37,430 nt of DNA from Vitrella brassicaformis CCMP3155 (lineage: Eukaryota > Protista > Chromerida): NCBI GenBank assembly GCA_001179505.1, contig CDMY01000644.1, positions 1 through 37,430 of the forward strand. The letters run 5' to 3'. The notes below the pieces were generated by a model. The model was not told the DNA's origin, ran no database searches, and saw only the letters and a list, made by a program, of their open reading frames with translations. Below, one piece after another: positions 32,161 to 37,430 of this stretch; positions within the stretch are counted from its first letter, which is position 1, and every line of letters begins with the position of its first letter. The position numbers and the translations under genes are program-made.

Positions 32161-34400
32161 CGGCCAGTGAGATGTGGCGATGTCCTATTTTGAGCCACAG
32201 CAGCAGCCCGGCGAGCCATTCGCCGTGAGCCTCTCGCCCGGTGGAGTGCCAGCCTTTGCCCTCTCGCCCACCAAACAGTTGGCATTCGGCCTCCACTATG
32301 GTTCCCTCTCACCTGACGCAGCGGCCCAGCTGCTGACGCAGCAGAAGGCCGACCCCAATGGGCAATACCACGACGGGCGCTGTGACTGTCGGGCTTCCCT
32401 GCTGCATCTGGCCGCCGAGAAATGTGTCGGAGAGGATGGTGCCGCCATTCTCACGAGCCTCATCGACGCGGGAGCCTCCGTGAACTACACCAGCTACAGC
32501 CCAGAGGGCGCTCCATGGGCCCTTCCCTGCAGCAAGAAACCCCTGGACTCCCTGCTAGACCGCCTCCGTCATGCAGACTCCGCTCAGCTGTCGGCCCTTC
32601 TGCCCATGATCGAGACCCTCCTCAGGCACGGCGCCAGGTGCTACTATCCTGGTGGTGCGCTGTCGTCGGTCTTCACCAGTTCGGCCATGAAGGACATCTC
32701 GGCCACACAGTGTCTGGAGGTGGTCACTCGGCTGACCACTGCCGCAGCAGCGGCACCCAGACCACCCGGTCTCTACGGAGAAACGGCTCTCAACGAGGCA
32801 TGTCAGTGCCAATTTCGAGGGGAGGAGGACCAGCAAGCGGAGGACCAGCAAGCGGATGAGCAGCCGGGGGATGCGGCGCACGATGGCCACACCGAGCCTC
32901 ATATTGCCATTCTCGAGAAAATCGTGGAAGGGACGGGGTGGGAGGTGCTGGAGGGATGGGGCGAGGGGGAAAGGGGCAGCTATGCCCTCAGTCGCGCTGT
33001 AGAGAGCCAGAACAGGGCTGTCGTGTATTGGCTAGTGAGGCAGAGAGTGAAGGCTGTGCATAGCACACTCATCCTTGCTCATGAGGACACGGAGGTCATG
33101 TCATTTCTGGTGAGGGAAGCAGGGGCTGACGTTGATGACGATGGTGCCGCAATGACTGGCGCCAGATTCTGGCCACCCCTTGTGGAGTTTGTGCGTGAGG
33201 GCCACTACACTGCTGCCGAGCATCTGAACCACTTGGGGGCATCGGTAGACAGAGCACTCACACACTTTCGCACGACAGCCAGACAGAAGCGCCGCATTTT
33301 GTCGGTGTATCACGACTATCTGAGTCGGTCTGTCCCCACACACGCCATGCACTTCATCAACACGTCCCTCGCCCCCCTGCGCACTCTCTCTGCCTTATCG
33401 CCTTCCCACTCTGTGTTCCGTGTGGGTGTGTTGTGCAGTGAGATTGCCGCCTATCTAGACCCCCTCGCTCCACTGCCCTTCTCAGCCCGCACGCCACTCG
33501 GGCGGCGGCTCAATGCGGCACTGCGGTTTTTCGTCTCGCGTGTCTGCAATGTGGCCAGCCCCTCTGTGCGGCGCCGTCTCTTTCGCCACACTGCCTTCGT
33601 CACGCCACACATCACACACACCGACACATCAGACAGCCAGGGAGGGGGAGAGGGCGGGCAGGTAGACGAGGGCATCGTGTATGGCCTCCGTGACGTGATC
33701 CACCTGATTCGGTGTGAGGAGGCGCAGCGCTATGAGCTGCCTGACATCGACAGTGGATTCGGCAGGAGCAAGCCATTCGAGTGTGCCTTCGATAGCCGTG
33801 TGGTGGTGCGAGGGGCGGGGGGAGGTCAGTGTGTGGTGGAGGTGATAGATGCGTGGGAGGGGATGGACCAGAGGGGGCCGCCCGGTGCGCTGTGGGGTGA
33901 GGAGTCATCGGATGATGATGATGGGTTGGGGGACTACGACCTAGACGAGGAGAATGACATCGATGAGGTCAGCAGGGAGGGGCAGACAGTCACATGCATG
34001 TGATGATTCAATGTTGTGTGTGTGTGTGTGTGCAGGACGGTATGGATGAGGACGGCCTGGAGGACGGCGCGGGCGACGGTATAGACGAGGTGGGCGGGAA
34101 GAACCACACAGACACACACATACGTGGAGGCCATGCCCACTCATGATGTGCGTGTTCAGGGATTCATGGACGACGACGGCATGAACGGCGACCAGGGAGA
34201 GGACGACGACGATATGATCGACGACGACGAACAGCAACAGCAACACGTGGAGGCCGACCAGTGAGCAGACAGTGGAGAGGGGGATGGATGAATGGATGGA
34301 TGGGGGCATTCATGAGTACACACATGTCTGTGTCTGCCTGTCTCTTATGTCTGTCTGTCTCCTTGTCTGACAGAGCTGCTGATGAGATGGATGGGGGGCA
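32161..34400 (+). repeat. Right arm of ~2.2 kb inverted segmental duplication
   Basis: Homologous to the reverse complement of 19806-22030, including upstream CGGCC(A/G)GTGAGAT(G/C)TGGCGATGTC and the intron positions. Confidence 0.9.
32180..34264 (+). CDS. Ankyrin-repeat-like protein with acidic C-terminal exons (intact paralog)
   Basis: Long exon 32180-33967 with ANK-like motifs (SLLHLAAEK...LIDAGASVN; ALSRAVESQNRAVVYWLV; FLVREAGADVD; PLVEFVREGHYTAAEHLNHLGASVD), then exons 34036-34089 and 34160-34264 encoding D/E-rich peptides. A further exon from 34374, conserved in the other copy, may extend the CDS. Confidence 0.75.
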
Positions 34401-35377
34401 CAGCAGCGGCGACCTGAATCCGCCCATCTACTTAGTACTACAGGTACATAGAACGACATGCCAAGCACCAGCCCCCCTTGCTGCTCACAGCTGTGTTGTT
34501 CGTTTCTCTGCTCTGTGTCGACCAGCACCTATCGCAGCCCGCCTGCTGCAGGAAGGATGTGTAGAGGGCGTGGCGTGTAGATATCTTCGATCACTTGCTG
34601 CGATCCAAGTTATGTTGTGTGTATGTTGTGTGGTGTTTGGCTGGTTGGTGACATGACTGACTTACTGATGCATTGCATTGCATTGCATTCGTTGTGTGTC
34701 ATTCAACCCATGTGTACAGACAGACAGACAGACAGACAGACAGCTCGAAACACTATCGGGCAAAAACTGTGCCTCAGTGAACGATTCATGTTGGCACACA
34801 TACACTGACGAAGAGGAAACGACGATCGGGGCTGAAGGCTGAACACAGACAGCGCCTGTGTAGGTGATGGGCTGGCTGCATCCTGGGCACACAGACAATG
34901 GGTCCATTCATGTGCGCGTGGAGAAACCATCATATTTGTGTACGCATGTGCAGTCGGTGTCCATCCGGCCATTCAGCTAGCATGTCCATGTGTTGCATCC
35001 ATTGCGTGCGTGGTCCAAGTGACGTGTGCAGCTGATCGATGTGTATGTAATCATACGGAATCCCATCCACAGATTTGAGTGTCAGCCCATGAGTGCATCC
35101 CATGGATGGAGTCGACATACAAATAGCGTGCCAGCACACACACAACACGCAAGCCGGTCCTCTACAAACCCCCACACACGCAGCATCCGGCCAGCCAGCG
35201 ATCCCCTCCCACACAGTCGCCCAGCCAAGCCATGCCAATCATGCCAAAATAAAGCCACTCAACAAACTGACAGACAGACAGACAAGAGCCAAACCCGACG
35301 CGCAGTCAGCTCAACAAAAGGAAGAGCCTCGTCGAGCCTGCCGTCCATGACGGCGGGCAGGCTCGTTAGCTAGGTGG

Positions 35378-35778
35378 CTACTTCTTCTTGCCCGCCATGG
35401 CCTTGGCTGCCGCCTGCATGGCTCTGACATGACAGCACAACCACACACCAAGCGGCGTGACACACGGAATGACGTGACGTGGTGACGATGGTGCTGCTGA
35501 CGCCTTACTTCTTGTCCTCCGCCTGTTTCTTCTTGAACTGAGCCACCAACCAGCAACCAGCACCACACACAGATGCACAGATCAGATCCCATCGTGTGTG
35601 TTTCCCCATCCTCTCCCTCTCTCCTCACCTCAACGTCGGCATCGTCCAGCTGCTGCTCTTTGGCTTTGGGCTGCTTGAGCGGCTTCGCCTTGCCACCCTG
35701 ACGCAGCCAAACATCCCAATCTCACAGGCAGGACATCCGTGGACATCTTTGCCAGCAGCTTACCTCTCTCCCTGGCAT
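35378..35778 (-). CDS. TMA7: Translation machinery-associated protein 7 (4 exons: 35778-35764, 35697-35629, 35537-35509, 35423-35378; 52 aa)
   Basis: Spliced product MPGRE/GGKAKPLKQPKAKEQQLDDADVE/FKKKQAEDK/KAMQAAAKAMAGKKK* matches the TMA7 consensus (GREGGKxKPLKQPK...D..F+.KQ). It was missed by the ORF track. Confidence 0.92.
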
Positions 35779-36449
35779 GATGTTTGTACGGCTCAGCACC
35801 AGATCAAGGGACAATTGCAGACGCGCGACGAATACACTATGCGCTCCGGTGCTCCTTTCTTCTGCCCGCGATCCACTCGGCCCCAAAAAGAACGGGGACG
35901 AGCGAAGCTTGGCTCAAGAAGCTCACCGATTGTACGCAGACTCTCACACATGCACAGACAGAGATGGCGCACAGCACACTCTACCCACACAATGCATTAA
36001 TCTGAGGATGGGTGGATGGACGCCTGCAGGTGATGCCGAGCTCATACCAGACATCCAGCACATGATTCATCGTAACCGACAGAATTGTTCAATAATTGAC
36101 CTCATGCACAGATATGTACACCACTGAAGGCATAAACACACGCACACGTGAGTGTCAGTGTGTGGCGGTGTGGGTATATGTGCCTGCGCCTGTGCGCGAT
36201 GGATCAGCATTCGTACATGCGCTTCCATCGTATGCAAACAAGCAAACACGCCCACACACACACACACACACACACACACAGCGAAGATGGAAAACAGTCG
36301 ACACTATTAGGGTGCAATCGTCAAACAGTCCAGCAAACGCACAAGTAGCACACGTAGAGAAAGCCGTTCGCACGTATCAGAAAAGCACACGAATGTCCCC
36401 TGAGGTTGACGTCTACAGCGATGCGTCTTGTATCAGACAGCCTGGAAAA

Positions 36450-37051
36450 GCATACAAACACGCGCAGGAGATCAATCAGGTCATCGTGAGACCACCCATT
36501 GGCACCCATTCATCAACTCATTTACCTGTGTCTGCGGCGGCTGTGGCCTGCGGAACTTTTGCACCGCAGCGCTGACTCCGTCAAGAGCAAGTCCGACTCC
36601 CGAAACACCAGCTACGACGCCGAAGATGCAGAGAGAGATTGCAGCACTGTACATGACAGACGTCCTCACTGGGTCGTCCTGCTCCTTGAGCTGTCCTCTG
36701 ATGATACCTGAGTGATGGAAAGTCACTTGTATTCAGGAGAGTTGACTCACTCACCCCTTCAATCGCCCCGCCTGTCGGCTTCTCTCCCCAGTGAGTCCCA
36801 GCCTTCCTGTTTTACCAACGGGATATTTGAGCGTCAGTCTGGCGCTGTCAGGCACCTCGTCGAACCTCCGGTAACACCTCCGAGGCCACTCGACTCCTTG
36901 TCCCAGTGCCGCCCGATAGTCCCACCGAGCAACCGCTCCCTTCTCGCACGCCGCAGGCTTCTTGGACAGCAGCAGTAGAACCTCGTACTGACGCGACGAT
37001 GTAACGACATCCCCGTCCACCCACGCGACCTTCAAACGTCCAGCCATGTCG
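36450..37051 (-). CDS. Hypothetical small membrane protein (tentative; 5' and 3' ends uncertain)
   Basis: MAGRLKVAWVDGDV...LTLKYPV G|GTAAAA joins in phase with CAG|GT ATC ATC to give GIIRGQLKEQDDPVRTSVMYSAAISLCIFGVVAGVSGVGLAL (TM-like), ending at a CAG|GTAAAT donor. No family recognised. Confidence 0.4.
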
Positions 37052-37430
37052 AGGGATTTTTCAGGGAGGACGCCTCGCGAGCTTTGGCGGCGCGAAATGC
37101 ATGCGTTCGTTCGTTCGTTCGTTCGTTTGTTAACGGGCACCTAGGCCCCGGCCCCTGAGGGCAGATGGTGTGTCCAATCAATGCGTCCGTACGTCTAACG
37201 TGGCCAGCGCTCAGATGAAAAATCGGCCACTGCTCGTTCTTGAAAAAGAAAGCAAGACACGTCGCCAGCCAACAGCACAGAACATCCAGACAGGAACAGC
37301 CAGACAGCAGAGGAAAGAGAGGCCAGAAGGGCAACAAAGCAGTCCAGCCTCAGGCGCAGAACGTGCAGGCAAGTAAAGATGCTCTGTCGATGAGATGCTG
37401 TCGATGAGATGATGTGTGTGTCCCCCTCAC

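Noticed and set aside
19806-34400. Composite transposon interpretation of the inverted duplication
   Set aside because: The arms are intron-containing host-type genes; no transposase, terminal inverted repeat ends or target-site duplication were seen.
37384-37411. 14-bp tandem duplication CTGTCGATGAGATG x2
   Set aside because: Real but short, and unremarkable in such a repeat-rich genome.
1-37430. CRISPR arrays, tRNA, rRNA, spliced-leader or telomeric repeats
   Set aside because: None seen; the periodic sequences are simple di-, tetra- and pentanucleotide microsatellites such as (TG)n, (GACA)n, (GATG)n and (CTCGA)n.

Overview
GC-rich, intron-dense eukaryotic genomic DNA with short, microsatellite-laden introns. 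It is not prokaryotic, and most six-frame ORFs are intron read-through or antisense shadows. The style and gene content (BTB-TLDc and ankyrin-like expansions, RPB1 bridge-helix variant [10 protein letters not shown]) suggest a chromerid alveolate such as Vitrella; this is inference. Left to right: TMEM230-like (+), DUF1769 protein (-), Mei2-like two-RRM protein (-), RNA polymerase II largest subunit RPB1 (+, 29 exons as I spliced them, degenerate CTD, 300-N gap inside an intron), a small secreted Cys-containing protein (+), a frameshifted ankyrin-like gene (-), BTB-BTB-TLDc protein (+), HOL/TPMT-type halide/thiol methyltransferase (-, frameshifted in a TG run), MFSD1-like transporter (+), an orphan multi-pass membrane protein (-), an intact inverted paralog of the ankyrin-like gene (+), TMA7 (-), and a tentative small membrane-protein gene (-). 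The most notable signals are polarised 5'-(AC)n...(GT)n-3' introns able to fold into hairpins, two GC-AG introns with the same AG|GCACG donor, an Arg/Gly-rich non-canonical Pol II CTD, and a ~2.2 kb inverted duplication flanking a ~10 kb four-gene block. No rRNA, tRNA, CRISPR or transposase was recognised. All exon structures were spliced by eye.
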